This document shows, one piece after another, positions 8,063 to 18,255 of a stretch of DNA of 64,000 nt (position 1 is the first letter of the stretch; each line of letters starts with the position of its first letter). The position numbers and the translations under genes are program-made. Under the pieces are notes generated by a model, which worked only from the letters and a program-made list of their open reading frames with translations, did no database searches and was not told the origin of the DNA. This DNA comes from a virus (taxonomy: Duplodnaviria; Caudoviricetes), in IMG/VR virus record IMGVR_UViG_3300005937_000011, positions 7,347 through 71,346 of that record, one strand, 5' to 3'.

Positions 8063-9651
8063 TTGCAACAAGAGAGCTACAATCACTCCGAGGTAGCCTT
8101 GCAGAATATATCGTATCTGCTGATATGCTTAAATCTAGGAAAGAAGCTCCTGAAAAGATTCCAATTCCAACTTTTGATGAATTTGTTAAGCTAGCATGGC
8201 CTATCATCGAACCTGGGCACCCATTTGTCGGAGGGTGGCACTTAGACGCGATTTGCGACCATTTGACCGCTATCTCGAATGGAGACATAAAACGCCTGCT
8301 TGTCAATATGCCGCCTAGACACGGGAAAAGCAGCCTTATTTCTGCTCTGTGGTCTGCTTGGTTGCTACTCAATAACCCTGCTATCCGCCTGTTGTGCGCC
8401 TCCTATGCTCTCAATCTGGCAACACGAGATAATCTAAAGGTCCGGCGTATCATCAAATCCGCCTGGTTTCAGAGTAACTATGCCCCAATATTTCAGCTTG
8501 TCAAAGATCAAAATGCCAAGATGAAATTTGAGACCGATCAACTAGGCTATAGAATGGTTACTTCAGTCGGTTCGGGCACAACAGGCGAGGGCGGCGATAT
8601 TTTAATACTAGATGATCCACACAATATTGATGAGAAAGAGTCACCTCCCAAACGTGAAGCAGCTTTAGATTGGTTTGATAATACATGGTGTAGTAGATTA
8701 AACGACTTTCAAGAAAGCAAAATGGTGGTAGTAGCACACCGGATACACGAGCAGGATGTATCGGGACATATTCTGGAGACAAATGACGGCGAATGGGTAC
8801 ATCTCAATTTGCCTGCTGAGTATCATCCTAAAAGCAGGTGCGTGACTCCTGTTATATCTAAATCAGATGAGCCTTATGCTTGGAAAGGTGGGGACCCGCG
8901 AAAGAATGAAGGTGAGCTTTTATGTGAACCTCGTTTCCCTCAGGAAGCTATCGACAAAGCAAAAAAGCGGCATGGTGTACTAGGTTACTCGGCGCTCTAT
9001 GATCAAAATCCAATCCCCCCTGGAGGATTTGTCTTTATTGCATCAAACGAGCGCTTGTTTACTATCTCACCTCAGGGGGACATGTACCATCTCATCACAC
9101 CTAACGGTATCCAGCCCGTGCTTATCGATAATTGTTGGGAGATAAGCACATCGGACGTCGCAGCAAAAGAGAAGGAAGCAAACGACTTTACTGTCTTTGC
9201 TCACTGGGCTATCACACCCTGGAATGATGTACTCTTGCTTGACTTGTGGCGTGGTCACTGGTCTATTCCACAGCAGAAGGAGAAGGCACGTCTCTTCTAT
9301 CGCACGCATTTATCCCATCGTTACGGAGCTTTCTACTTCGAAGATGTGGGCTATCAATCGGCTATCTGCCAAGACTTGCTCACTGAGGGTATGCCGTGCC
9401 TTCCCTTCAGGCCTGAGGGAGACAAAGTATTGCGAGCTGTAGGTGCATCCATCTGGCAAGAGGCAGGCAAAAGTTACTTTAAGCAAGGCGCTTCTTGGCT
9501 AGAAGATTTTAAGACTGAAATCTACAAATTCCCTAAGACTGCCCACGATGATCAAACAGACAACTATAGCATGGTATGCATGATTGTACGTTCAGGCGGC
9601 ATAGCTGATGAAAATGCAATTAATGCAATGATGAGATATGCAGGATTGTAA
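8059..9651 (+). CDS. terL: Terminase large subunit
   Basis: NMPPRHGKS Walker A, ILILDDPH Walker B, C-terminal nuclease DVAA..NDFT...HDDQTD. Confidence 0.95.
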   Translation: MIATRELQSLRGSLAEYIVSADMLKSRKEAPEKIPIPTFDEFVKLAWPIIEPGHPFVGGWHLDAICDHLTAISNGDIKRLLVNMPPRHGKSSLISALWSAWLLLNNPAIRLLCASYALNLATRDNLKVRRIIKSAWFQSNYAPIFQLVKDQNAKMKFETDQLGYRMVTSVGSGTTGEGGDILILDDPHNIDEKESPPKREAALDWFDNTWCSRLNDFQESKMVVVAHRIHEQDVSGHILETNDGEWVHLNLPAEYHPKSRCVTPVISKSDEPYAWKGGDPRKNEGELLCEPRFPQEAIDKAKKRHGVLGYSALYDQNPIPPGGFVFIASNERLFTISPQGDMYHLITPNGIQPVLIDNCWEISTSDVAAKEKEANDFTVFAHWAITPWNDVLLLDLWRGHWSIPQQKEKARLFYRTHLSHRYGAFYFEDVGYQSAICQDLLTEGMPCLPFRPEGDKVLRAVGASIWQEAGKSYFKQGASWLEDFKTEIYKFPKTAHDDQTDNYSMVCMIVRSGGIADENAINAMMRYAGL

Positions 9652-11329
9652 CATGAATTGGTGGAACAGACTTATGACAGCAAATACAGCAGCGTACCAA
9701 GCATGGAGGCGTGTCTTTCAGGACCCATCAACCATCTACGCTCCCTCGACTTTCAGGGATTACACGCCATCCTACGATCTCTTGTGGTACTACTACGCTA
9801 ACCAGATGTTTGATAGGTACAACAAGCTATCACAGGATTACATAGGCAGATACGGCTTGTATCGCAATATCCGCATGATTGAGAACCCTGTCCACAACCT
9901 TGTAGAGTTCTATGCTGGTCAGATCTACCCCGGCGTTCTCACCGAAGACGGTTCTGACTTTCCTGGAGGCGTGCAGTCGGCTATCCCATTCTCAAAAAAA
10001 ACTTCTAGCGCATTAAAAGCTGCTATAGCACAAATATGGAAGTGGTCGAATTGGCAAGCAAAGAAGAGTGTGGAAGTCAGATATGGAGCCGCTCTAGGGG
10101 ATGTGTTTGTTGAGGTAGTAGATGATGTGGAAGGCGGGAAAGTGTACTTAGATGTCCAGTGGCCTGGCTTCATCTGTGATCTCGAATTGGATCACATGGG
10201 GAATGTAAAGGCGTATGTGATGGAATATCGGGTGGAAGAAAGGGAAATACAGGACAATGGGCTCTATCAGACGGTTGACACGTACATGTATCGCAAGAGC
10301 GTTGATCAAGAGTCTATCAAGATCTATCGTGATAACCAGCTTGTGAGCTCAACGCCTAACTTCTATGGCTTTGCACCTGCTGTTTGGATCAAACACTCGG
10401 ATTGTGGGACTGATCATGGATCACCTGCCATAACAGGAAGTATGGAGCAGGTAGACGAGCTGAATAATACGCTCTCCCAAGTCAACGATCAGATCAAGAG
10501 AGCCGTGCAAAACCCGCGTTTACTCTCGACAAAAAGTCCTAATATGATAGTGCGGTATTTTGACAATAACAAGCGTGCTGCGAGCACCGAAATACCACGC
10601 CCAAACTCCGATCAAGAAGAAGCCCTCATCATGACAGCGCCAGATGACACAAAAGTACAGTCCCTGCTCGGAGATCTCAACATAGCGGATGCCAGTAGAG
10701 AGATAGACAGATTGGAAGCTATCATAGAGAAAGCTCATCCCGAGCTGAGCTTTTACCACATGCTCCGAGAGATGACACAGCTCACCGGACCTGCTGCAGA
10801 TAGGATCGTAGGCGATGTGAAGGCAAAGGTCTATGAGGCCATGAGTAGCTACGACAATGCGAACATTTCGCTGTTTGGGATGGCTGCCGCCGTAGCTGGC
10901 ATGAGAGAGGATGAAGGTGCAGGCGGTTGGGCGCAACGGACACCACAGCAACAGAAGTTTGCTTCGTTCAATCTCGACTCTTATAAGGCTGGCAATCTTG
11001 ACATGGCTATCATGCCTAGACCTCTACTAACACCTACCAGAACAGAGCAAGCGCAAGAGAAACAAACCATATGGCAAGCTGTAAAAGTTGCAACTGATGC
11101 AGGTGTACCGCTCGAAACAGCGCTAGAGGATGTGGCAGGCCTCACGCCTGAGCAGATACAAAAGCTCATGCAGGCCAAAGATAAAGAGGATGCAGCCAAG
11201 CAAGCCAAGTTTGAGCAACAACAAGCGGCTATGGCTCAGAATGCTAATCAGAATCAGGGTAACCAACCTCCACAGCAACAGGATAAGCAACAGCAGGATG
11301 GTAAAGTGGCTGTAGGACAGAAAGGGTAA
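9638..11329 (+). CDS. Portal protein
   Basis: Follows TerL; 563 aa; YGAALGDVFVEV motif; Gln-rich C-terminal tail. Confidence 0.8.
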   Translation: MQDCNMNWWNRLMTANTAAYQAWRRVFQDPSTIYAPSTFRDYTPSYDLLWYYYANQMFDRYNKLSQDYIGRYGLYRNIRMIENPVHNLVEFYAGQIYPGVLTEDGSDFPGGVQSAIPFSKKTSSALKAAIAQIWKWSNWQAKKSVEVRYGAALGDVFVEVVDDVEGGKVYLDVQWPGFICDLELDHMGNVKAYVMEYRVEEREIQDNGLYQTVDTYMYRKSVDQESIKIYRDNQLVSSTPNFYGFAPAVWIKHSDCGTDHGSPAITGSMEQVDELNNTLSQVNDQIKRAVQNPRLLSTKSPNMIVRYFDNNKRAASTEIPRPNSDQEEALIMTAPDDTKVQSLLGDLNIADASREIDRLEAIIEKAHPELSFYHMLREMTQLTGPAADRIVGDVKAKVYEAMSSYDNANISLFGMAAAVAGMREDEGAGGWAQRTPQQQKFASFNLDSYKAGNLDMAIMPRPLLTPTRTEQAQEKQTIWQAVKVATDAGVPLETALEDVAGLTPEQIQKLMQAKDKEDAAKQAKFEQQQAAMAQNANQNQGNQPPQQQDKQQQDGKVAVGQKG

Positions 11330-11332
11330 CCT

Positions 11333-11611
11333 ATGGACGAGGGAAAGGTTTACATAGCCACAATAGAGGGTGGAAGCTTTGGTTTACGCGACTTTCCCGA
11401 CGGAAGACCTGGGGTATGGTTTGGCGTAAAATACGGCAACTTTGGCGCATTGATAACAATCACGGGTGACTATGTAGAGGATTTTATGGTTAAAAATCAT
11501 GTTAATGACATCAAAGACCTAGATGGTTCAAAATGCATTATAGTTGATGAAGGTGGGTTTGTACGCTTCATCAGTCTATATGATTCGAAGATAGGTCTGC
11601 TTGACCCATAG
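11333..11611 (+). CDS. Hypothetical protein
   Basis: Operon continuity. Confidence 0.55.
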   Translation: MDEGKVYIATIEGGSFGLRDFPDGRPGVWFGVKYGNFGALITITGDYVEDFMVKNHVNDIKDLDGSKCIIVDEGGFVRFISLYDSKIGLLDP

Positions 11612-11867
11612 GAGAGAACATGAAAGTCAACGGTATTCAATGCAATCTATTTGGAGCATAGCAGAGCCGTCTGCCTCTAATCCAAGCGAGTGGGAATATA
11701 ACAAGTTTGGCAAGGTTATCTTAAGCAAGGAGCTGAAAGACTTTGTAAAATGGGCTAATGGGCTTGAGAGGCAGGAAGCGCGCGAAAAACGCGCTAAACG
11801 TCGATGCAAGATTGAACGCAAGCAGAAACGAGCAGCTTTCAGGAGAAAGAAGAGAGGACTAGCATGA
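11601..11867 (+). CDS. Hypothetical basic protein
   Basis: Overlaps the next start; true start may be slightly downstream. Confidence 0.5.
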   Translation: MTHRREHESQRYSMQSIWSIAEPSASNPSEWEYNKFGKVILSKELKDFVKWANGLERQEAREKRAKRRCKIERKQKRAAFRRKKRGLA

Positions 11868-12112
11868 AAGAAGCAATAGAAATTATAGACTACGAAGCTA
11901 AGCTTAATCATTTCAAGCAAGATATCAAGCTAGCCATGCTTACCAGAAGAGAGAAGCATAGCAGTGAGATGGACACAGCTCTCAAGCAGGTAGGGAAGGC
12001 TACTCTTGAGGATGGTGAGATCAAACCCTATTCTCAGGCATACTATGAGGCCAAGGGGAAAGTATCGATAATAGATGAACTGCTTGAGAAAATGGCAAAG
12101 GAGGATGTATGA
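11864..12112 (+). CDS. Hypothetical protein
   Basis: ATGA-coupled. Confidence 0.6.
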   Translation: MKEAIEIIDYEAKLNHFKQDIKLAMLTRREKHSSEMDTALKQVGKATLEDGEIKPYSQAYYEAKGKVSIIDELLEKMAKEDV

Positions 12113-12531
12113 GAGGGCTAAAGTTTCGGGCCTGGGACAAGAATCAGAAGAAGATGCTCGACAGAGTGCTGGCTGGCCCTGGTGATCCGTGTAGCGTCGT
12201 TTGGCTTGAAGAACGAGGTGAATGGGTACATTTTGATGAGTTCTGTGGAACCATCATGCAGTATACGGGCATGAAAGACTCAAAAAGCAATGAAGTCTTT
12301 GAAGGCGATATCATCAAGACTGGACAGTCAAAAGCGGGATTTGAAGAGCCTTTCATCGGGCGTGTTTATTGGTTTGAAGGTGAGTACCAATGGTGGATTA
12401 CTGATGATACAAAAGATCCTATATATGGCATTGACTACGATTTGACGTTTCTCAATTGTTACCAGGATTTTGAAGTCATCGGCAATATTTATCAAAATTC
12501 TGAATTATTAGTTAAGAAAGGGTTAAGCTGA
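12109..12531 (+). CDS. YopX family protein
   Basis: LKFRAWDK...IMQYTGMKDSKSNEVFEGDII...FEVIGNIYQN. Confidence 0.9.
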   Translation: MRGLKFRAWDKNQKKMLDRVLAGPGDPCSVVWLEERGEWVHFDEFCGTIMQYTGMKDSKSNEVFEGDIIKTGQSKAGFEEPFIGRVYWFEGEYQWWITDDTKDPIYGIDYDLTFLNCYQDFEVIGNIYQNSELLVKKGLS

Positions 12532-13280
12532 TGCATTATATTTCAAGAGAACGCCGTATCTGGTGGCACTGGCAAAATTTGAAGAAAGAGGATCGTTCAA
12601 GAGGCTGGCTCAACGGTCGGGCGTGGCTACATGTTGAAAATGCTGTACTTGGCTGTCAATTGGTTATGCCTACGAACAAGTTTGGCATGAGCTTCAACAT
12701 AGGTGATGGTGAACACCAGCTATCAGGTAGTATAGGATGCGGGTTATTTGCCTTCTATTGGCATGTAGAAGGCGTTCGATGGCTACATAAGCACATAAAC
12801 AAGACACGTGAGATTAGCCTTCGGTTCTTTGACGGTGCAATATGGTGGTATTTCTGGCATGACCCAGATGAGTGGAGAAGTACGGACTCGAAGTGGAGAC
12901 GTGGCAATTTCCGCCCTATTGATTTTCTTCTTGGCAGAGACAGGCATAGCTCCACTGAGAAGATAGTAGAGCAGAGAGAGATTAGTTTTCCAGAAGGTGC
13001 ATACACGGCTAAGGTGAAGCTCTTTACATCCACTTGGAAACGCCCTAGATGGCCTTGGCCCAGGATTATAGAGCGTGCTGAAGTCGATGTAAAAGACGGC
13101 GTTCCAATACCTGGAAAAGGGGAATCATCCTGGGATATAGATGACGATGCAGTCTATTCTCTTATTACGCCTGCTGCTTCAGTAGACGAGGCTATAGAGA
13201 AATTTGTGAAAAGTATCAATAACACACGCCTGAGATATGGTGGTGAGAATTGGATACCTGAGAAAGCGAGCAGAGCATGA
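12531..13280 (+). CDS. Hypothetical Trp-rich protein
   Basis: 249-aa coupled ORF. Confidence 0.65.
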   Translation: MHYISRERRIWWHWQNLKKEDRSRGWLNGRAWLHVENAVLGCQLVMPTNKFGMSFNIGDGEHQLSGSIGCGLFAFYWHVEGVRWLHKHINKTREISLRFFDGAIWWYFWHDPDEWRSTDSKWRRGNFRPIDFLLGRDRHSSTEKIVEQREISFPEGAYTAKVKLFTSTWKRPRWPWPRIIERAEVDVKDGVPIPGKGESSWDIDDDAVYSLITPAASVDEAIEKFVKSINNTRLRYGGENWIPEKASRA

Positions 13281-13591
13281 GCGGCGGACACTGGAATTAC
13301 CTCTCGTATAAGATTGAAGAGCGCATAGGTGCGCCACAAGACGATGTGTGGAAGCTCTTAGCTGCCATTGAGCACGCGCTAGATTGGGGCATCTGTGGCG
13401 ATACCTGCTATGACTGTGCAAAAATACGCACAATTAATGCATTAGAAGACTATTTTGATACAGAGGCGACTTCAGTTGATAATGCATTGCGCCTTTTGCG
13501 TAGCTATGAGCCTGAGTGCGATAGATGCAAAGAGCGTGAGAAGGAAAGAAAGAAGGAGAGAGTGAAGATGGCATACGCCATTACATTCTAA
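13277..13591 (+). CDS. Hypothetical protein
   Basis: MSGGHWNY start; coupled. Confidence 0.6.
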   Translation: MSGGHWNYLSYKIEERIGAPQDDVWKLLAAIEHALDWGICGDTCYDCAKIRTINALEDYFDTEATSVDNALRLLRSYEPECDRCKEREKERKKERVKMAYAITF

Positions 13592-13761
13592 ATTATATAT
13601 GTGAGCATTGTAGGCATTGTAAATGGGAAGATGAGTATGAGGTAAATGTATGACCAGTTTTCGCCCCCTGTATAGCTGGTCTAGATGCTCAAGGTACACC
13701 TTGATGACGGCTTTTGCCTTGAGGGAGCCACCCATAGATATTATATCTGAAATGAGGTAAA

Positions 13762-14142
13762 ATGCAAATGATCATTAATATGGTAACTGATACAGCTATT
13801 AAGCTATTTGTGTGCGGTTTAGTTTGGCACTGGTTTGCAGACTGGATTCTTCAAAATCATTGGCAAGCTCAAAATAAATCATCGTTATTGCATCCAGCAT
13901 CATGGATACACAGCGGTATTCACCTGTTAGGACTCTTGTTCATATTCCCGTGGTGGATAGCTATACTCATCGCACTCTCACACCTGCTCATCGACACACG
14001 GGTTCCTCTGCAGTTCTGGAGAAAGTTCTATAGACAGACAACCGAGGGTGATATAGCCTTGCATGTCATGCTCTGGAGTGACCAAGTAGCGCATATCACG
14101 GTTTTGGCCATAGCTGCATTGATTGTAGGAGGGCTAAAGTGA
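13762..14142 (+). CDS. DUF3307-like membrane protein
   Basis: HWFADWILQN...WIHSGIH...SHLLIDT...DQVAHI. Confidence 0.8.
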   Translation: MQMIINMVTDTAIKLFVCGLVWHWFADWILQNHWQAQNKSSLLHPASWIHSGIHLLGLLFIFPWWIAILIALSHLLIDTRVPLQFWRKFYRQTTEGDIALHVMLWSDQVAHITVLAIAALIVGGLK

Positions 14143-14432
14143 TGGGAGTGGCAAGCAACACAAGAGAACTGCTCTCAGAGGATGCATTCAACTCTCTGCC
14201 TCAGGGTTTCAGGAGCTGGGTAGTAGATAGGCTGGAATGGAAGCGTGAGGAGATATCTCACATCACAGTAAATCCTCCTACAGGCAACTACACAGATGTC
14301 TCCGTGTTCTTAGAGCGAGATACACATGAACGCTGGTGTGCTCGCTTCAGAAAACTAAACAACGGTGATTGGAAGTTTGAGGAGGACTATAATGTAACAC
14401 CCTTCCCAGGCAGAGATGAGGTAAATGCATGA
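14139..14432 (+). CDS. Hypothetical protein
   Basis: Coupled ORF. Confidence 0.55.
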   Translation: MMGVASNTRELLSEDAFNSLPQGFRSWVVDRLEWKREEISHITVNPPTGNYTDVSVFLERDTHERWCARFRKLNNGDWKFEEDYNVTPFPGRDEVNA

Positions 14433-14983
14433 CATGCATAGTTGGAATAGCAGATCAAGAGTCAGGCAAGGTATGGATGGGAGCAGACAGTCTAGGGACT
14501 ACTGAGAACGGCTGTGCTTCCATCATCAACTCATACAAGAAGATATTTCGCATAGGTGACTTACTCATTGGCTGTGCAGGCTCTCCTACACCAGGTCAAC
14601 GTATGCGATACATGCTCAAAGTGCCTGAGTATGAGCATATATTTGAAGATGAGCAAGAGAATATATCATGCTACATCGTCTCAAAGCTTGTGGATGCTAT
14701 CAAAGAATGTATTGATGCTGCAAAGCTCAAAGACGATGACAAAGGATATTTTCTTGTTGGCTTTAAAGGCAGGCTCTTTGGCATCTATCCAGATGATTAC
14801 CAGGTGGATGAGGACTCATGTGGGTACAATGCCATAGGTTCTAGCGCTCATGTCGCTCTAGGCTCTCTCTGGACATCTGCTGGCATGGGAATTGCGACTG
14901 AAGATAGAGTGAGATTAGCACTAAGAGCCTCTGCTGAGCTCAATGTGTATGTGAGACCTCCGTTTCAAATAGAGTCAATTTAA
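14429..14983 (+). CDS. HslV/proteasome-beta-like Ntn hydrolase
   Basis: MTCIVG (N-terminal Thr), GADS, KKIF, IGCAGS, AIGSS motifs. Confidence 0.75.
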   Translation: MTCIVGIADQESGKVWMGADSLGTTENGCASIINSYKKIFRIGDLLIGCAGSPTPGQRMRYMLKVPEYEHIFEDEQENISCYIVSKLVDAIKECIDAAKLKDDDKGYFLVGFKGRLFGIYPDDYQVDEDSCGYNAIGSSAHVALGSLWTSAGMGIATEDRVRLALRASAELNVYVRPPFQIESI

Positions 14984-15027
14984 TCGTCCTAACAACCTAT
15001 TGACAAAACATAGAAAGGTAATGTACT

Positions 15028-15663
15028 ATGGGAGATAACAACACATCAAATTCCGATCCAAAGGAGCAGGACTCTAAAGGAGAGGACCCCAAGGGCCAGG
15101 AGCCCACCTCAGGCGGCCAGGAGCCAAGTGAGCCACAGAACAAATCACCCTTATCGCGCGAAGCACTCGAATCAATCGTTGTAGACTTGCGCAAAGAGAA
15201 CGCTGAAAGCCGTGTCAAGCTGAAAAAGTTTGAGGACGAGCAAAAGCAGTTAGAGCAAGAGCGCAAGAAAGAAGCTGAAGCAAAAGAGGCAGAAAAGCAG
15301 CAACAGCTCAAAGAGCAAGGCAAATGGCAGGAAATAGCTGAGCAGAAAGACTCACGAGTTCAAGAGCTTGAGCCAGTCAAGGAACGCTTTACCAATCTCG
15401 AAACGCTTATTGCTGAGCAGATTGAAAGCCAGATCAAGGATTGGCCTGCCGACGCGAAACTCTTCGATCCAGGCAAAGACGCACCAATTGAGCAGCGTCT
15501 TGAATGGATGAACAAAGCACGTAAGCTCGCTGAGAAGCTTCAGCAAAAGTCAGCACAACCTGGCAACAGCCCGAATCCCAAACCAGCGCCTGGTATACCG
15601 CAAACAACGGTAGAGACAACAATGGACAAAATACGCCCTACAGGCGCTTATGGCAAATTCTAA
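15028..15663 (+). CDS. Head scaffolding protein
   Basis: Acidic low-complexity N-terminus, LRKENAESR coiled coil; upstream of capsid genes. Confidence 0.75.
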   Translation: MGDNNTSNSDPKEQDSKGEDPKGQEPTSGGQEPSEPQNKSPLSREALESIVVDLRKENAESRVKLKKFEDEQKQLEQERKKEAEAKEAEKQQQLKEQGKWQEIAEQKDSRVQELEPVKERFTNLETLIAEQIESQIKDWPADAKLFDPGKDAPIEQRLEWMNKARKLAEKLQQKSAQPGNSPNPKPAPGIPQTTVETTMDKIRPTGAYGKF

Positions 15664-15723
15664 CTAGAACAAAATAACAATTCCCTTTTTGACCACTCTT
15701 TACAAGTGGGGAAAGGCAATATC

Positions 15724-16479
15724 ATGTCAGTTGTTGCCAAATCCGGCACACCTTCTATCACTACGGCTGCTCCGCCAACGAATTGCAGTCTCTCTGGAAT
15801 TATTGCAGGAGAAGCAATAGCAGCAGGAGACGCGGTATACCTCAAGACATCAGACGGAAAAGCATACAAATCAAGCGGCGCTCTCACAGGTCTTACACCT
15901 CCTGATGAGCCTGCTCTCACAACTGCTACCTCAGGTGGAACTGTTGCAGCAGGCCTGCATAGTGTCAAAATCACCTATGTCAATGCAACTGGTGAGACTC
16001 TACCATCTGAAGCAGCTTACATCGCTACCACGGGCTCTACATCCACGATTACCGTTGCCTCACCAGCGGCTGCTGGCTCAGGTGGTGCGGCGGCTACGAA
16101 GTACCGTGTTTACATGGCACCTCCCAACGGCGGACCTTGGAAGCTTCAGAACGGAGCAGGTACCAACATTGCGTCAAACTTCACACTCACAGCACCGGCA
16201 GTAACAAACACTGCTGAGCCTCCTACTGCAGACACCTCAGGTAGTGCTGCTGCTTCTATAGTCGACGGTTTTGCGCCTGAGGCTGCTGCAAGTGGTGACG
16301 CGATGTCCTTGTACTGGAATGTTCGATTTGCCTATGGTGCTTCTCTCAGCCCAGGGAGCTTTGTCTACTTGGATGACAGCACAGCAGGCGCTATCAACGA
16401 TTCCAAGACTGCACTTGGTACCGTTCCTATCGGTAGAGTTGTAGATAGTACACGTATCGATGTTTTTCGAAGCTATTAG
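15724..16479 (+). CDS. Capsid decoration/cement-like protein with an inserted beta domain
   Basis: AGEAIAAGDAVYL...and C-terminal G.FVYL..G motifs; located between scaffold and MCP. Confidence 0.6.
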   Translation: MSVVAKSGTPSITTAAPPTNCSLSGIIAGEAIAAGDAVYLKTSDGKAYKSSGALTGLTPPDEPALTTATSGGTVAAGLHSVKITYVNATGETLPSEAAYIATTGSTSTITVASPAAAGSGGAAATKYRVYMAPPNGGPWKLQNGAGTNIASNFTLTAPAVTNTAEPPTADTSGSAAASIVDGFAPEAAASGDAMSLYWNVRFAYGASLSPGSFVYLDDSTAGAINDSKTALGTVPIGRVVDSTRIDVFRSY

Positions 16480-16504
16480 GCTCTAAGCCAGAAAGGAGCC
16501 TACA

Positions 16505-17581
16505 ATGGCTTACGGGACATTACAGGTACTCGATACCATTGGTAGCAGAAAAGCTGCTGCAAACGATTACCTGAACCAATACGACGAAAACGAGCTCTAT
16601 CAGCAAGTTCAGATGTTCTTGGATGCCCATAATAAGCTGATGGACATGATTACCAGTGATCTTGTTGTAAAGACTACCGATCGTCTTACCACGTGGGGTG
16701 GAAACGCAACGGTTGACATGATCGACGGCGACCAATTCAGCAGACCCGATGTTCAGAAGATGCAAGTCAGTCCTACCTCTCTAGGCTTTCCTCTGTATCT
16801 AAAACAGGTTGCCTGGGGTGTAACGCGGCTCTTCATGATGAACAAGACCGTGAAGGACTTGGACGAGATTCTAGTGGCCATCAGAGACGCTGACATTCGA
16901 GACATCAGTAAAGCAATTCGCGGCGCTCTGTTCAATCCTACAAACAACACATCCTATGTGGACAAACGGACTGATGGTGCGACTCTTCCACTACGCAGGC
17001 TCTTGAATGCCGATAGCACCACGCTTCCACCGGACCCATACGGAAATACGTTCAACGGTGCTTCTCATACACATTTCCTTGGCACATCAAGCTATGCAGC
17101 GACTGACTTGACCACGGGTATCAGCACTGTGTTGGAGCACTACCTCTCTGGTGAGATGCGCATCTATATTGCAAAGAACTTGGAGACAGCTACACGTGCT
17201 TTCTCTGGCTTTTATCCATACTATGATGCTCGTTTGCGCTTGGCTGCTGATACTACCGTTGCAGCCCAGAAGTCGCTCGACATGGAAAACAACCAAGATA
17301 GAGCTATTGGCATCTTCGACTCAGCGGAAGTTTTTGTAAAACCATGGCTGCCAAGTAACTATGTCTTCTTCTTTAATGCAAGCGCTCCTAAACCTTTGAG
17401 AATGCGCGTAAGAGACGACATGCAAGGAAGCTTGCACATTGCTGCAGACTTGGAAATCTACCCATTGCGTGCACAGTTCATTGAACGTGAATACGGGCTT
17501 AGCGTTCTAGAACGTACAAATGGCGCATGTCTTGACACTGCTCACAGTAGCTATAATGCACCACCTGCTTGGACTTTCTAG
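16505..17581 (+). CDS. Major capsid protein
   Basis: 358 aa; position after scaffold and decoration genes; strong RBS. Confidence 0.8.
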   Translation: MAYGTLQVLDTIGSRKAAANDYLNQYDENELYQQVQMFLDAHNKLMDMITSDLVVKTTDRLTTWGGNATVDMIDGDQFSRPDVQKMQVSPTSLGFPLYLKQVAWGVTRLFMMNKTVKDLDEILVAIRDADIRDISKAIRGALFNPTNNTSYVDKRTDGATLPLRRLLNADSTTLPPDPYGNTFNGASHTHFLGTSSYAATDLTTGISTVLEHYLSGEMRIYIAKNLETATRAFSGFYPYYDARLRLAADTTVAAQKSLDMENNQDRAIGIFDSAEVFVKPWLPSNYVFFFNASAPKPLRMRVRDDMQGSLHIAADLEIYPLRAQFIEREYGLSVLERTNGACLDTAHSSYNAPPAWTF

Positions 17582-17602
17582 GCTGATAGAGGAGGAATAG
17601 AC

Positions 17603-17791
17603 ATGGCAGAGAAGAAAGAGTCACTTGTAACAAATACGTCACTCATCTCAGGAAAGAGCCCGGAAATTGTTGCTCTTCCTGAGAATGCAGAAGTGCTACC
17701 TATTCAAGCCACTGACAAGACAGTCAAAGGCGGAAGATACGTGGTCAATGATCAGCTTGTGGACTGCGACGGAAAGCCTATTAAGGAATAG
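17603..17791 (+). CDS. Small virion-associated hypothetical protein
   Basis: GAGGAGG RBS; follows MCP. Confidence 0.6.
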   Translation: MAEKKESLVTNTSLISGKSPEIVALPENAEVLPIQATDKTVKGGRYVVNDQLVDCDGKPIKE

Positions 17792-17794
17792 AAC

Positions 17795-18247
17795 ATGCTG
17801 AGAACGGAAGCAAGTAGTTACCTGGTCGAGGAATACCGTGAATTGGCTGACGAGGTAGGTTTTACTACAGATCAGACAACTAGCGCGTATTCAGTAGCTA
17901 TGGACATGGCGCTCAGGCAGATGGGCTATGAAGAGACAGCTCTCTCCTCTGCTGATGTGCCACAGGCGGACGTTCTCAAATACCTTGCTCTATTGAACTA
18001 CTACGCTCTCAATCGCTTCTTGAAGGTTCTGGCTAAAGAGCGTGATACAGCGGCTGGCAGTGGCGCAATTAACATCAAAGACTCTCAGATGTTCGATCAG
18101 GTGTCTAAGTTGCTGGGGATAGCTGCTCAAGAGGTAGCTGGATTTGGCATCGATATAGGTGGTATTGGAGCATACAAAATGGGCAGAATCAATCTCGACT
18201 TCCTAGAGCCAAGTACAGGGCTCACAGAGTTCAGTTACGGGCTATGA
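17795..18247 (+). CDS. Head-tail adaptor (connector)
   Basis: Position; helical 150-aa protein. Confidence 0.55.
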   Translation: MLRTEASSYLVEEYRELADEVGFTTDQTTSAYSVAMDMALRQMGYEETALSSADVPQADVLKYLALLNYYALNRFLKVLAKERDTAAGSGAINIKDSQMFDQVSKLLGIAAQEVAGFGIDIGGIGAYKMGRINLDFLEPSTGLTEFSYGL

Positions 18248-18255
18248 GGTGAGAC

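Noticed and set aside
13560-13760. Extra short frames (..ICEHCRHCKWEDEYEVNV* and a 36-aa ORF from about 13650)
   Set aside because: The first has no start codon and the second has no recognisable features; they may reflect a decayed gene or an indel, but cannot be supported.
15000-15029. Promoter TTGACA-18-TACTAT before the scaffold gene
   Set aside because: The -10 box overlaps the start codon and the spacer is simply the RBS.
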